DNA of 64,000 nucleotides. Source: Staphylococcus phage PhiSepi-HH3. Shown here one piece after another: positions 29,041 to 40,000 of this stretch (the stretch's first letter is position 1; each line of letters starts with the position of its first letter). Where the stretch lies: the sequence record MT880872.1; one strand, written 5' to 3'. Made by a program: the position numbers and the translations under genes. The notes below the pieces were generated by a model, which saw only the letters and a program-made list of their open reading frames with translations, was not told the DNA's origin and did no database searches.

Positions 29041-29481
29041 ATGGCAAAATTAAATTTAGACCGTGTAAAAGGTCACTACGTTGAAACAATTAAAGCTGAC
29101 AAAGAATACGAAAACGGTTCTTTAGTTGGTAAAGGTTTATTAGAAGATGGAGAAATTCGTCTTTACAAAGCTGCTGAAGCTACTGCTGAAAACTGCTTCT
29201 TAGTTTCTACTCCGGAACTTGATTTAGCTGCTAAAGCAAACGGTCATGGTTCAATCGACTTTGTTAACCCTAAAGGTTCAATCATGCGTGCTCATCAATT
29301 AGAAGTTGGAGATACATTTACAGTTGAACAAAAATTACATGGTACAGGTTTCGTTGCTGGTGAAGCTTTAACTGTTACTGATGGGAAATTCGCTAAAGGT
29401 GAAGGTGCATTCGTAGTTGAATATGTAACTACTATTGGTGCTGATCGCCGCCCTGCTTATTCAATTCGTAAAGTTAAGTAA
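29041..29481 (+). CDS. Putative head protein (decoration or scaffold-associated), 146 aa
   Basis: Strong RBS GGAGG. It sits between the protease and the capsid gene. Confidence 0.45.
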   Translation: MAKLNLDRVKGHYVETIKADKEYENGSLVGKGLLEDGEIRLYKAAEATAENCFLVSTPELDLAAKANGHGSIDFVNPKGSIMRAHQLEVGDTFTVEQKLHGTGFVAGEALTVTDGKFAKGEGAFVVEYVTTIGADRRPAYSIRKVK

Positions 29482-29519
29482 TAAATTATAATAACACAAA
29501 TGTATGGAGGATAACTTAA

Positions 29520-30521
29520 ATGCCTAAATTTAGTAATGAATTAAAAGAAGTTGCTATCCAAGCTGCTCATGGTGCAACTACTACTCAATTTTCAAATAAA
29601 GACTTATCGGACGCTGTTCGTAAAAAAATGATCGAGGAATTAGGTTCAGATACTTTAGATTATTCTACTTATCGCCGCCGCAAACATGATTTATTCGAAT
29701 TCATCGAAGAAACTGTTGCCCCTATCGTAAATGAACGCACTGCTGAAATTTTCGGTCAGTTCGCTGAATACAAAAATATCGCTTTCGGTGATCAAAACAA
29801 ATTCTTCATCGAAGATATTAAATTATTCCCTGTTGCTACTATCTCTACTGGTAACGGAAACGTAAAACGTCAACGTTTAGATAGTCAAGAATTAGTAGTA
29901 CCAATGCATACAATCGGTGCTGGTGTATACGAAGAGTTAGTTCGCTTTTTAGCTGGTCGTACTGATTGGGCTCGTTTAACTGCTCGTTTAGCTGAGTCAT
30001 TTGTAAATGATATCGCTCAACGTATTGGTGACGCTCTTTACAAATCAGTTGACTCTGTTGGTTCTACTTACAAAGCTAACGTTAGTGGTAGTAACAGTGA
30101 ACTTAAAACTAAAGTATTAGAAATCGCTGATCACGTTGAAGCTGCTAATGGTCAAGCAGTAATCGTTGGTACTAAAGCTGCTCTTCGTAAATTAAAGCCA
30201 GAAGATAGCTCAGACTTACAAAAAGGTGCTAAAAACGAAGTTGGTTACTTCGGTTTTGTTGATGGAGTTGAATGCATTGCTTTACCTCAATTCCACAAAG
30301 CTGGTACTGATGAGTTCGGTCTTAAAAACGATGTTATTTTCGTATTACCAAGCTCAGATGAAAAATTAGTTAAAGTTGTTCAAGACGGTCATTACATCGC
30401 TCGTGAAGAAGGCGGATCAGAAGGATATCGCACAGACTTACAAATGAGCTTAGACGTAATCACTCGTGTTGGTGTAGCTGTTGTTACTGCTGCTCGTTAT
30501 GGTGCTGTTGAATTAAGTTAA
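29520..30521 (+). CDS. Major capsid protein
   Basis: 333 aa with a strong RBS GGAGG. The position, and the hairpin terminator just downstream (30553-30585), are the classic signs. Confidence 0.7.
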   Translation: MPKFSNELKEVAIQAAHGATTTQFSNKDLSDAVRKKMIEELGSDTLDYSTYRRRKHDLFEFIEETVAPIVNERTAEIFGQFAEYKNIAFGDQNKFFIEDIKLFPVATISTGNGNVKRQRLDSQELVVPMHTIGAGVYEELVRFLAGRTDWARLTARLAESFVNDIAQRIGDALYKSVDSVGSTYKANVSGSNSELKTKVLEIADHVEAANGQAVIVGTKAALRKLKPEDSSDLQKGAKNEVGYFGFVDGVECIALPQFHKAGTDEFGLKNDVIFVLPSSDEKLVKVVQDGHYIAREEGGSEGYRTDLQMSLDVITRVGVAVVTAARYGAVELS

Positions 30522-30552
30522 GCTTAATATGATTAAAGTTTGCTCCCTATTA

Positions 30553-30585
30553 ATTTAGGGAGCTTATTTTATATGGAGAAAAAGG
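30553..30585 (+). terminator. Hairpin gctccct-attaattt-agggagc followed by ttatttta
   Basis: 7-bp stem directly after the capsid gene. Confidence 0.6.
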
Positions 30586-30595
30586 AGACATTTAA

Positions 30596-31147
30596 ATGGC
30601 TATTAAAAAAACTACAACTACTGAGAAATCTACTCAAAAAACTACTAAACCTACTGAAAAGAAAACAACTCGTACTGCTAAACCAAAGCGTAAAGAGGTT
30701 GATTTATCTCAATCAGTATTAGTTATTAATATGACTCAAGGTTCATTAACTTATGTAGCTAAAAAAGGTACAGGTTATTTAGAATTAAGTGAATACTTAG
30801 ATAGTGATTATTTAACTGTTGAAGAGTTAAAAATCATGAAAAGTTCAGCTAGAGGCATGTTTGATAAAGGTTGGTTGTTTGTTGATGATGAAGATGTAGT
30901 TGAATTTCTTGGAATTAAGAAACAAATGGACGCTATCTTATTACCTGATGAGTTAGATGACCTATTCGAACTTCCAGCAGATGAACTTAGAGAGCGATTA
31001 AAAAGCTTATCACCTTCAGTGAAAGAAACAGTTCATTTAGCTATGAAGAAAAAATATGAAGATGGTGAACTAGCAAACGCTCACGTTATTCGTGCTATCG
31101 AAGAGTCAGTGAATATTGATAATAACGTTTCAATTCTAAATATCTAG
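30596..31147 (+). CDS. Head-associated protein with a Lys/Thr-rich N-terminal tail (183 aa)
   Basis: RBS AAGGAGA. N-terminus MAIKKTTTTEKSTQKTTKPTEKK. Confidence 0.45.
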   Translation: MAIKKTTTTEKSTQKTTKPTEKKTTRTAKPKRKEVDLSQSVLVINMTQGSLTYVAKKGTGYLELSEYLDSDYLTVEELKIMKSSARGMFDKGWLFVDDEDVVEFLGIKKQMDAILLPDELDDLFELPADELRERLKSLSPSVKETVHLAMKKKYEDGELANAHVIRAIEESVNIDNNVSILNI

Positions 31148-31164
31148 TTGGGAGGCAAATTCTC

Positions 31165-31599
31165 TTGACAGAATTTACTTTAATTTATGACAAATTTTTA
31201 TCTAAACTAACAGATTTTTCTTTAGCGAGATTAGATAAAGACGTTTTAGAGTCAGATTTACAAGAACGGTTAATAACTGCTCTTTCAGATTTTGCACAGT
31301 TACCCGAAGAGAAAACTGAAGTTGATTTAAGTACAAAAACTTTTACTAATGGTCTAAGTGTAGAAGAACAAAATATCATCGCAACTTTAATGGTTATCAA
31401 TTATTTAGACAAATATATTTTGTCTGAAGATAATATGAGAATTCTATTAAACTCTAAAGACTATAAACAGTATTCACAAGCCGCTTTACTTAAAGAGCTT
31501 AAAGCTACTAAATCTGAATATCAATCAGATGTTGACGCTAAGCTTAATAGTTATAGCTTTAGACAAAAATTCCGAAAGAAAAAGAAAGATGAACAGTAA
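31165..31599 (+). CDS. Head-tail connector (gp6-like, DNA-packaging/head-tail adaptor)
   Basis: Position, size, and a pattern like LESDLQERLITALSDFAQ. Confidence 0.45.
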   Translation: MTEFTLIYDKFLSKLTDFSLARLDKDVLESDLQERLITALSDFAQLPEEKTEVDLSTKTFTNGLSVEEQNIIATLMVINYLDKYILSEDNMRILLNSKDYKQYSQAALLKELKATKSEYQSDVDAKLNSYSFRQKFRKKKKDEQ

Positions 31600-31906
31600 A
31601 TCTTATACTTTTTATCTCACGGAATTGAAAAATAGAGTTTTCAAAATATTGCCTTTATGTGAAGAAAAGAATGACTACATAGATAAGTATTTAGAGAATT
31701 TGATCATTGAACTCAAAGGGCTTCCTAAAGCATATCCTGAAGTGTTTGATAGTCAATCTGCTTGGTACGTTAGAGTGTTAAGCTCTTTATTTACTTTCTA
31801 TGAAGACTTTTCTATCGCAGAATTACATAGTGTTGATGGAGTTCAAAGAGTAAGACGAATTATTCTATCATTAGTAAATTTGATAGATAAGGAGGTAGGA
31901 CGTTAA
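31589..31906 (+). CDS. Head closure or neck protein (105 aa)
   Basis: Internal ATG at 31589. The track lists a longer overlapping version starting at 31529. Confidence 0.4.
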   Translation: MNSKSYTFYLTELKNRVFKILPLCEEKNDYIDKYLENLIIELKGLPKAYPEVFDSQSAWYVRVLSSLFTFYEDFSIAELHSVDGVQRVRRIILSLVNLIDKEVGR

Positions 31907-31909
31907 ATA

Positions 31910-32575
31910 ATGGACTACTTTGAAAGATATAAAAATATTAATATGCCTTATGGCACAGATTTAAGTTCACATGTCATTAACGCAAGTAAAGACAGTGCTT
32001 TGAGAACATTTCTCTCTTCCCCTACTCTATCTGATATTTATGTTGATAGTATTCCTACTCAGTCAGTTGTAAGTAATTATTCTGGTGACTTTTTTGAGCG
32101 TACGTTCTTATTTGAGCCAGACTCAGACTTAGCTAAAGTAGGTAATTATATTGAACATAGAGGCTATACATACTTAACTATGAAAAGTAATGATGATGAT
32201 ATTTATCCTAACCTACACGCTAAGTTATGCAATGAAGATTTTAAACTTCCATTAAAAATTACTAAGAAGAAGGTTTCTACTGGTCGTGGTGGTTACACTT
32301 ATGTTGATCAATTAGAGACCAAAGATATTCCTATTGTGGTTGATGTTAAAGGTTACTCAATTGCGGATAATGCTATCTTACCTTTAACTGAAGGCCGAGT
32401 AATTATCTATATGAAATACAGTAAGGAATACTTAGAAAAAATTAAACTTAACTATGAGTTTGAGTTATTTAATGATAGTTATAAAATCACTGATATTCAA
32501 ACAGATAACATAATTAATCATCAAGGTTATATTGTATTATCTGCACAGAAAGTAGTTGAAACAAATGCAACTTAG
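31910..32575 (+). CDS. Neck or tail-completion protein
   Basis: Position in the connector block. Confidence 0.4.
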   Translation: MDYFERYKNINMPYGTDLSSHVINASKDSALRTFLSSPTLSDIYVDSIPTQSVVSNYSGDFFERTFLFEPDSDLAKVGNYIEHRGYTYLTMKSNDDDIYPNLHAKLCNEDFKLPLKITKKKVSTGRGGYTYVDQLETKDIPIVVDVKGYSIADNAILPLTEGRVIIYMKYSKEYLEKIKLNYEFELFNDSYKITDIQTDNIINHQGYIVLSAQKVVETNAT

Positions 32576-33086
32576 ATATAAAACTTCTGGTCGTGGTGAT
32601 ATCTTACAGAAATTTATTAAGGTAATGGCAAATGATGAACACTTATTAAGATTGCTTTACTACAACCCTATTGATGAGAATGGCAATTATATAGAGTTCA
32701 CAGACGCTTCTTTACCTAATATCACTGAGATGGACGAAGAGAAAAAAGACCAAATAGTAAATGATTTGATTAGAACGTCTCAAAAGAGTGACGACATAAT
32801 CGAGATGAAAAAGACAGTTATTTTTGTATTTTATGGTAAATCGAGACCTAAGTATAACAATCATACTCTTGTAGACAGAGAGATTATTTTTATGATCCTA
32901 TCTCATAATGATTTCTCATTTGCTGATAGAATAGAGGAAATTTGTGATAGATTAGATACTTTGTTCGTTAATAAGCATATTGGTGGCATTGGTAGAACAA
33001 ACATCGGAATATCATTCCCTGTTGAAGCTCCAAAAGAATACCTTGCTTTTGAACAAAAATACACTATCACTGATAAGCGGATGTGA
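32556..33086 (+). CDS. Neck or tail-completion protein
   Basis: Position. Confidence 0.4.
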   Translation: MKQMQLRYKTSGRGDILQKFIKVMANDEHLLRLLYYNPIDENGNYIEFTDASLPNITEMDEEKKDQIVNDLIRTSQKSDDIIEMKKTVIFVFYGKSRPKYNNHTLVDREIIFMILSHNDFSFADRIEEICDRLDTLFVNKHIGGIGRTNIGISFPVEAPKEYLAFEQKYTITDKRM

Positions 33087-33091
33087 TTTAA

Positions 33092-33964
33092 ATGGAAGAG
33101 TTATTAGAAAATCTATTTGATGATCAGAGTATTCAAGATAAAGTTATCTTGAATTTGCCTATCGAAAGTCCATTTGGTGAATTAAAACCACTGAGTATTC
33201 ATGATTACATGCAACGACTCTCTTCTATTTCAGTAATATCTCTTAACAAGAAATACTTACTCGCTGAGTATGGTAAAGGTTATCAAGAAGAAACTGGTCA
33301 AACTGATAATGAAATTTTCACAATGTTGAAAGACTTGAATGAAAAATATTCATTATTCTACTTTTTAAGAGAGATGTTCCAAGACCTTCTCCACCACTAC
33401 ATTATTATAACCCGATACGTTAAGTTCTACGATTATCAATACGATAAGAAAAACCCTCAATCTAGAAAAGACATTGATGAAAATAGTGATGACGATACAC
33501 CTTTGAGTGAAAAGGAATTTACTGAGGCTATCTTAGAAAAATGTATTCAATTTGTATTTTCATTAGATGATGATCAATTTGAGCTTTATCGTAAATACAT
33601 ATTACAACTTCATGGACAATCTGAACCTAGAGCTTTCTTAAACCCTAAGCTTCAACGTAATGAAGAGAGATCTAAAGCTTCAAAGCTTAAAAAGAAGGAC
33701 TCAACGCCAACTTTATCTACTATGGTTACAAGTTGTGCAGTGTACATGGGCGTTGATTACTCAGATATTATGAAATGGAATGCTTTACAATTACAACATT
33801 CATTCCAACGAATTTCACTATTCATTCAAAATAACGCTACAACGTTGTTTGCTACTGTTACTTCTGAAGTCGATTTAGTTAATTGGTCAGAAAATATTAC
33901 TGACAATGAGAAAAAAGAAGATATGACTTTAGATACTTTCAGACAGAATGTAAGTGGAGTTTAG
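33092..33964 (+). CDS. Neck or tail-terminator-associated protein (290 aa)
   Basis: Position. Confidence 0.35.
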   Translation: MEELLENLFDDQSIQDKVILNLPIESPFGELKPLSIHDYMQRLSSISVISLNKKYLLAEYGKGYQEETGQTDNEIFTMLKDLNEKYSLFYFLREMFQDLLHHYIIITRYVKFYDYQYDKKNPQSRKDIDENSDDDTPLSEKEFTEAILEKCIQFVFSLDDDQFELYRKYILQLHGQSEPRAFLNPKLQRNEERSKASKLKKKDSTPTLSTMVTSCAVYMGVDYSDIMKWNALQLQHSFQRISLFIQNNATTLFATVTSEVDLVNWSENITDNEKKEDMTLDTFRQNVSGV

Positions 33965-34002
33965 TTAGAATATATATAAATTATTTTAGGAGGAATTGGA
34001 AT

Positions 34003-34794
34003 ATGCCTTTATATATCCAAGACACTGCGGACGCAGTATTAGAACGTAAATCGGACAAATTTGTTATCGCTACTGGTACAACTCAAACTGTTACTTTGAA
34101 ACAAAAAGTTGACGAAGAAACAGTTAAAGGCGGTATTGGTAACGCTGCTCAATTCACAATCAAATCTAACAAAGAGTTAGAAATCACTATGGAAGACGCT
34201 TTATTCAACTTCCAATGGTTAGCTGCTACTCAAGGTGTTAAAGTTGTTAACGACAAATTAGTTGTTAAACGTACTGAGGTTGCTGAAGTAGAAGAAGGTG
34301 GAAAAGTTACTTCTGTTAATTCTAAATTAGCTGGTGAGTTAGTTGTTATCGACACTTATGGTAAAAACGTTAAAGGTAAGTTCACTGCTGGTTCTGCAAC
34401 TATCTCTGACTTGTCTTCACAAGTTGGTAAAAACGTAACTATCGTTACAGAAGAAGAAGTTCAAGGTGAAAAAGTTTCTATTCGTGCTGACCGTTTCGCT
34501 GAAAAGTATCGTTTACAATTATTCACTTATGCTTATGACCAAGATACTGAAGCAATTGCAAAAGACGTATTCTTGACATTCGATAACGTTTCTCCATCTT
34601 CTGAGTTTGACTTAAAACTTAAGGCTGGTGATCCATTATCTCCAGAATTACAATTGAAAGCTACTGCAAACCCAAAAACTAAAGAAATTGGTTCTTGGAT
34701 GATTGTTGATCATAAAGAAGACGCTGGAGAAACAAATTCGGGTGCTGTTGTTGCTGGTAGAAGATCTGAAGAGTCAGGTTCACATTTAGGCTAA
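34003..34794 (+). CDS. Major tail protein
   Basis: 263 aa, strong RBS, with a terminator hairpin directly downstream and the tail chaperones following. Confidence 0.6.
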   Translation: MPLYIQDTADAVLERKSDKFVIATGTTQTVTLKQKVDEETVKGGIGNAAQFTIKSNKELEITMEDALFNFQWLAATQGVKVVNDKLVVKRTEVAEVEEGGKVTSVNSKLAGELVVIDTYGKNVKGKFTAGSATISDLSSQVGKNVTIVTEEEVQGEKVSIRADRFAEKYRLQLFTYAYDQDTEAIAKDVFLTFDNVSPSSEFDLKLKAGDPLSPELQLKATANPKTKEIGSWMIVDHKEDAGETNSGAVVAGRRSEESGSHLG

Positions 34795-34818
34795 TAATTT
34801 AGTCATAAGAGTGGGAGA

Positions 34819-34850
34819 TTAGTTTCTCCCCTCTTTTTTATTTATCCAAA
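34819..34850 (+). terminator. Hairpin gggaga-ttagtt-tctccc followed by ctcttttttattt
   Basis: Read directly, after the major tail protein gene. Confidence 0.6.
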
Positions 34851-34877
34851 TTTATAGAATAAAAGGAGAATTTTATC

Positions 34878-35435
34878 ATGAAAATAAACGACAATAACGA
34901 TAAAAATGTCGAACAAAATGCTGTTGTTGACTTAAAAAAGGTCTTAGAAATGGCTAAATCTTATGATGAAATTGAAAGATACACTTTATCAAACGGTGAA
35001 GACATTGAATTCTATCCCCACTTCTCTCGTACAAAGATTAAAGAAATCATTGAAGAGTATAAAGGATATTTAATTTCTGAAGATAAAGATGATATGAAAT
35101 TCATGGATATGGTTTCTAAAGATGATGTAAGCTTAGTCCTTTTCTGGTACTTCTTAGCTGTTAAAAAATTCACTCATTTTGGTGAGTCTATGAAACGTAT
35201 TAAGAAAGTTAAATCTTTAGCTCCTTATTACAATGCATTATTAGAAACGGGTATCTTAGAAGAAATTTGTAATGACGCTTTTGCTTATGAAGAGTTATCA
35301 AAAGTTACTGAAATGTTTGCAAAAGAAGCTGCAATTAATGTAACTGCTAATGAATTTGTAAACAAATATGAAGATGAAATTGAAGTAGCTCGTGAAAAAT
35401 TTGCTAACACTTATTTAAACAAGAGTGAAGATTAA
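34878..35435 (+). CDS. Tail assembly chaperone (gpG-like)
   Basis: Position upstream of the tape measure. Acidic, 185 aa. Confidence 0.5.
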   Translation: MKINDNNDKNVEQNAVVDLKKVLEMAKSYDEIERYTLSNGEDIEFYPHFSRTKIKEIIEEYKGYLISEDKDDMKFMDMVSKDDVSLVLFWYFLAVKKFTHFGESMKRIKKVKSLAPYYNALLETGILEEICNDAFAYEELSKVTEMFAKEAAINVTANEFVNKYEDEIEVAREKFANTYLNKSED

Positions 35436-35908
35436 TGCCTCATTTTAGTGATTTACAAAGCCTTAATAACTATGTACTTAGAGCAATAACTGAAGTAATG
35501 AGAAATGAAGTTGCTGACGCAGTTAGACAAGAATGGATAGCTATGATGGAAAAGAATGTGTATGGAACGTATCAACCCTGGTCATATGAACGTAGACATA
35601 AACAAGGTGGTTTAGCTGATCCAAGAAATATTCAAATCGTTTCAGAAAAAGTTGCTGCTGACTCTGCTGCTATCGTAATGGAGAACTTGACTAAAGGTCA
35701 AGGTTGGGATCATTACTATGGTGATTTAATCAATACGATGATTGAAAGTGCAGACGGTTTTGCTGGTAATTCAGCTTTAGGAATGCCTAAACGTCCTTAT
35801 ACTGAAGAAGCAGTTGATTTCATGACAAAAGGAATTGGTAGAAATACTATATTGGACGCTCTCACATCAGGTTTAGCTAGAAGAGGTATTAATGTCAATA
35901 TTAAATAG
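35435..35908 (+). CDS. Tail assembly protein (gpT-like partner), separate ORF in the -1 frame
   Basis: TAATG overlap with the preceding gene. Confidence 0.45.
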   Translation: MPHFSDLQSLNNYVLRAITEVMRNEVADAVRQEWIAMMEKNVYGTYQPWSYERRHKQGGLADPRNIQIVSEKVAADSAAIVMENLTKGQGWDHYYGDLINTMIESADGFAGNSALGMPKRPYTEEAVDFMTKGIGRNTILDALTSGLARRGINVNIK

Positions 35909-35923
35909 AAAGTAGGAATTAGT

Positions 35924-36940
35924 ATGGCAATCGAGAAAAACATGCTGAGAGAAAGAGCCAAAAAGCTTCCGACAATTACAGATGAAATGTGGGAAAAGGT
36001 ACATCCTATTTACAAGGAACTTTTAAGTGAGTATTTAGGTTCAGTAGATTTATCGAGAGACACTAAAAAACAATATACTTCAGCATTGAAACAATTTGGT
36101 TGGTTTGTTGCTGATAGTTTAAACAATAAACCCCTATTCAAATTAAAGAAACGTGACGCATTGCGTTATATGAACTATTTAAGAGAAGACCGTAAGATGT
36201 CATCATCTGGAATTAACTTAAAGAAATCTGCTGTATCTGCTTTCTGTCAATGGATAGAAAACTATATCGCTGATGACTATGAAGATGAAAATGGAGACCT
36301 AGTTTTTGAAACATTTCGTAATTTCATGACAGGCTTACCACCAGTTGTAAAAAATCAAGTATACGATAAGAAGAAAGTTACATTCGAAGAGTATCAAGAA
36401 ATGATGAAAGCTCTAAGAAGTGATGAAGATTATTTAGGTATGGCTTGGTTAGCTACTGCATTTAATGTTGGTGCAAGACGCAGCGAAATTATACAATTTA
36501 AAACATCTTTATTCGATCATGAGTGGAATGAAGAAGGAAACTTCTTAATGTCTCATAACGTTCGTGGTAAAGGTCGTGGTGAAGATGGTAAGATACTTCA
36601 ATTTATGATCAATGATGAAGCACTTAAATATATGAAGCTTTGGGTAGAAAAACGTGGATATGAAGACGAATACATCTTTACAGTTGGAAATGAGAACACT
36701 CATAGGCAAATGAGTAAGTCTTGGGCTGATTATTTCTGCGAGCATACTCTATCTCATATTTTAGGAAGACGTGTTAACCCTCATATCTTTAAAGCTAGTT
36801 GTGTAACCTATCTATTAGAAGTTAAAAAGGTTGATATTAAACACGTATCTAAATTAGTGGCACATCATGAGTCAGTTGAAACTACTCAAATATATGATTT
36901 AAGAGACTCTGAAGAAGAGAGAAATTCTATCTTTAGTTAA
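35924..36940 (+). CDS. Tyrosine-recombinase-like protein embedded in the tail module; paralogue of the 2308..3360 gene
   Basis: Box I VGARRSEI, box II HIFKASCVTY (K in place of the second Arg), and Tyr in ETTQIYD. It has an N-terminal SAM-like region. Confidence 0.6.
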   Translation: MAIEKNMLRERAKKLPTITDEMWEKVHPIYKELLSEYLGSVDLSRDTKKQYTSALKQFGWFVADSLNNKPLFKLKKRDALRYMNYLREDRKMSSSGINLKKSAVSAFCQWIENYIADDYEDENGDLVFETFRNFMTGLPPVVKNQVYDKKKVTFEEYQEMMKALRSDEDYLGMAWLATAFNVGARRSEIIQFKTSLFDHEWNEEGNFLMSHNVRGKGRGEDGKILQFMINDEALKYMKLWVEKRGYEDEYIFTVGNENTHRQMSKSWADYFCEHTLSHILGRRVNPHIFKASCVTYLLEVKKVDIKHVSKLVAHHESVETTQIYDLRDSEEERNSIFS

Positions 36941-37036
36941 TCTAGTTTTGAATTCTTGTGGGAATATTTAGTTCTCATAAGACTTGAATACTAGATTTTT
37001 TATAATGATTTCGAGAATAAAAGGAGTGAATATAGC

Positions 37037-40000
37037 GTGGCAAGTGATTTTAATATAGGTATATTATCTACCTTAGAGATAGACTCTAGCTCCTCAAGAA
37101 AGAAGATTAACGACACACTTAAAAATATTGAAGCAAATATTAATAGCATTAAAGCAGACTTAGAAGTTTCAGATACAAAGAAATCAGAAAATAATGCTAT
37201 AAAAAGTGCAAACAACGTAATCAGAAACATCAATTCAAACGGTAATTTAAAGAAATTAAATGTTGAACTAGATGTAAACTTAACAAAAAGTAGACAAAAC
37301 ATTCAAAGAGCATTATCTACTCTATCAAAAGATTTTAAGAATAAGAAAATTGATATTGAAGTTAATGCTAAAGCTAATAAAAATTCAATCGGACAAGTTA
37401 AGAATTCTATTTCTAAAGGTGCAAGTCAGCCACTAGAAATTAAAGAGTCCCCTAGTAGTAGAAGCACTAGTAGAGATATTAAAGAACAGCAGTCTTTAAT
37501 GACAGGTTTAGCAAATTCTTATAAGAACTTAGATGATTTAACAAGAGCTTTAAATACAAGTACATTTGAAGGGCTTAGAAAAACTGTAAAAGAAATTAAG
37601 AACGCAGATAATTCTCTTAAAAGTTATCAAGTTACTTTAGAACGTGTTAACCAAGAAGGTAAAAAATTAGGCTCTCAAAGATTTGATTATACCCCTTCTG
37701 CAAATGGTTTGAAGTTAAACAAAACTCAATTAACTGATCAAACAGATAAAGCTCGTAAAGAAGAAAATGCTGCTATTAATAAATTATTAGAAAATGAAGT
37801 TTCTAAGTATGATCGTTTATTGAATAAAGGTAAAATTGATATTAAACAACATCAAACTTTACTTCAAACTCTTAGACAAATTACTAATGAGAAATCAAAA
37901 GCTAACCAATTTAATAGAACTGATTTCAATAGAGTAGCAAAAGCTGCTGCTGATGAAGCAAAAGAATATCAATATCAAAATGATATGCTTCGAAAGAAAT
38001 TAGCTTTAACTTCTCAAATTGAGCGTATTGAAAACAGAATGGCTGCTACAATTGATAAGCAACAAACAAATGCTTTGAAAAATCAATTGAATTCTTTAGG
38101 TAATAATAGAACACCATTCGGTAAAGAAGCAGCTTTCCATATGAACCAAATTCAAGACAAGGTTCGTCAAATCTCTGCTGAAGCTGAAAGAGCAACTAGA
38201 ACTCAGTTAAGTTTTGTTGATCAATTCAGAGAAGCAATGACAAAATTCCCAGTTTGGATGGGTGCTACTACCCTATTCTTCGGTGCCATAAATGGTGCTA
38301 AAGAAATGCTTGATGTAATTACTGAAATTGATGGAAAAATGATTACTCTTGCAAAAGTTACTGGTGATGACAATGCACTTCAACAAACATTTATTGACGC
38401 AAATAATGCTGCTTCTCAATTCGGACAGACATTAGGAAGCGTATTAGATGTATATGCAGAATTCGCTAGACAAGGTGTTAAAGGTAATGAGTTATCTCAA
38501 TTCTCAAATGCAGCATTAATTGCTGCTAACGTTGGTGAGATTGACGCTAAACAAGCTTCTGAATATTTAACTTCTATGTCTGCTCAGTGGGAAACGACTG
38601 GAAACCAAGCTATGAGACAAGTTGACTCACTCAACGAAGTTTCCAATAAATATGCTACAACTGTTGAAAAGTTAGCACAAGGTCAAGCAAAAGCTGGCTC
38701 TACTGCTAAATCAATGGGACTTACTTTTGATGAAACTAATGGTATTATTGGTGCATTAACAGCTAAGACTAAGCAATCTGGGGACGAAATTGGTAACTTT
38801 ATGAAAGCCACTTTACCTAAACTTTATAGTGGTAAAGGTAAATCAACTATTGAAGGCTTAGGCATTAGTATGAAAGATGAAAATGGACAATTAAAATCTG
38901 CCATTTCTCTTTTAGAAGAAGTTTCTCAGAAAACTAAAAACTTAGAAAAAGACCAAAAAGCCGCTGTTATAAATGGCTTGGGTGGAACATACCACTACCA
39001 ACGTATGCAAGTATTATTAGATGATTTATCTAAAACAGATGGCTTATATAAACAAATTAAAGAAAGTTCCGAAAGTTCAGCTGGCTCTGCATTACAAGAG
39101 AATGCAAAATACATGGAGTCAATTGAAGCTAAAGTTAACCAAGCAAAAACAGCATTCGAACAATTCGCATTAGCTGTTGGTGAAACATTTGCTAAATCAG
39201 GAATGCTTGATGGTATCAGAATGGTTACTCAACTTTTAACTGGTTTAACTCATGGAATTACTGAATTAGGCACAACTGCTCCGATTTTCGGCATGGTTGG
39301 TGGTGCTGCCTCATTAATGAGTAAGAATGTTAGAAGTGGTTTTGAAGGTGCTAGAAGTAGTGTTGCTAATTATATTACTGAGGTAAATAAATTAGCTAAA
39401 GTTAACAATGCTGCTGGTCAAGTTGTTGGACTTCAAAAAGTTCAAACTGGTACAGCTTCACAACTTCAGTTTAATAAAAATGGTGAATATGATAAAGCTG
39501 CTTCACAAGCAAAGGCTGCTGAACAAGCAACTTACCAATTCTCTAAAGCTCAAAAAGATGTATCAGCTAGTGCTATGATCGCTTCAGGTGCAATCAACAA
39601 AACAACTGTGGCTACCACAGCAAGCACTGTTGCCACTCGTGCTGCTACACTTGCAGTTAATGGTTTAAAATTAGCCTTTAGAGGCTTGTTGGCTGCTACT
39701 GGTGTCGGGTTAGCAATAACTGGTGTTTCTTTTGTACTGGAAAAAGTTGTAGGTAGTTTTAATGCTGCAAGTCAAGCTGCTGAACAATATAAACAAAAAC
39801 AAGAGCAAACGAAGCAAGCAATAGCTTCTATGAGTAATGGTGAAATTAATTCACTTATTAGTAGTTACGATAAACTACAACAAAAAATGAATTCTGGTAG
39901 TGCATTTAATACAGCGGAAGCTGAGAAATATAAAGAAGTAACAAGTCAATTAGCTAATATATTCCCCGATTTAGTTACTGGTGAAAACCGTTATGGTAAG

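Noticed and set aside
35411-35437. Possible -1 programmed frameshift (slippery heptamer T_TTA_AAC, in phase) joining the two tail chaperone ORFs, as in gpG/gpGT
   Set aside because: After a -1 slip the new frame hits TGA two codons later (35426-35428), before the downstream ATG. No fusion product is possible at this site. The second ORF is a separate gene starting at the TAATG overlap.
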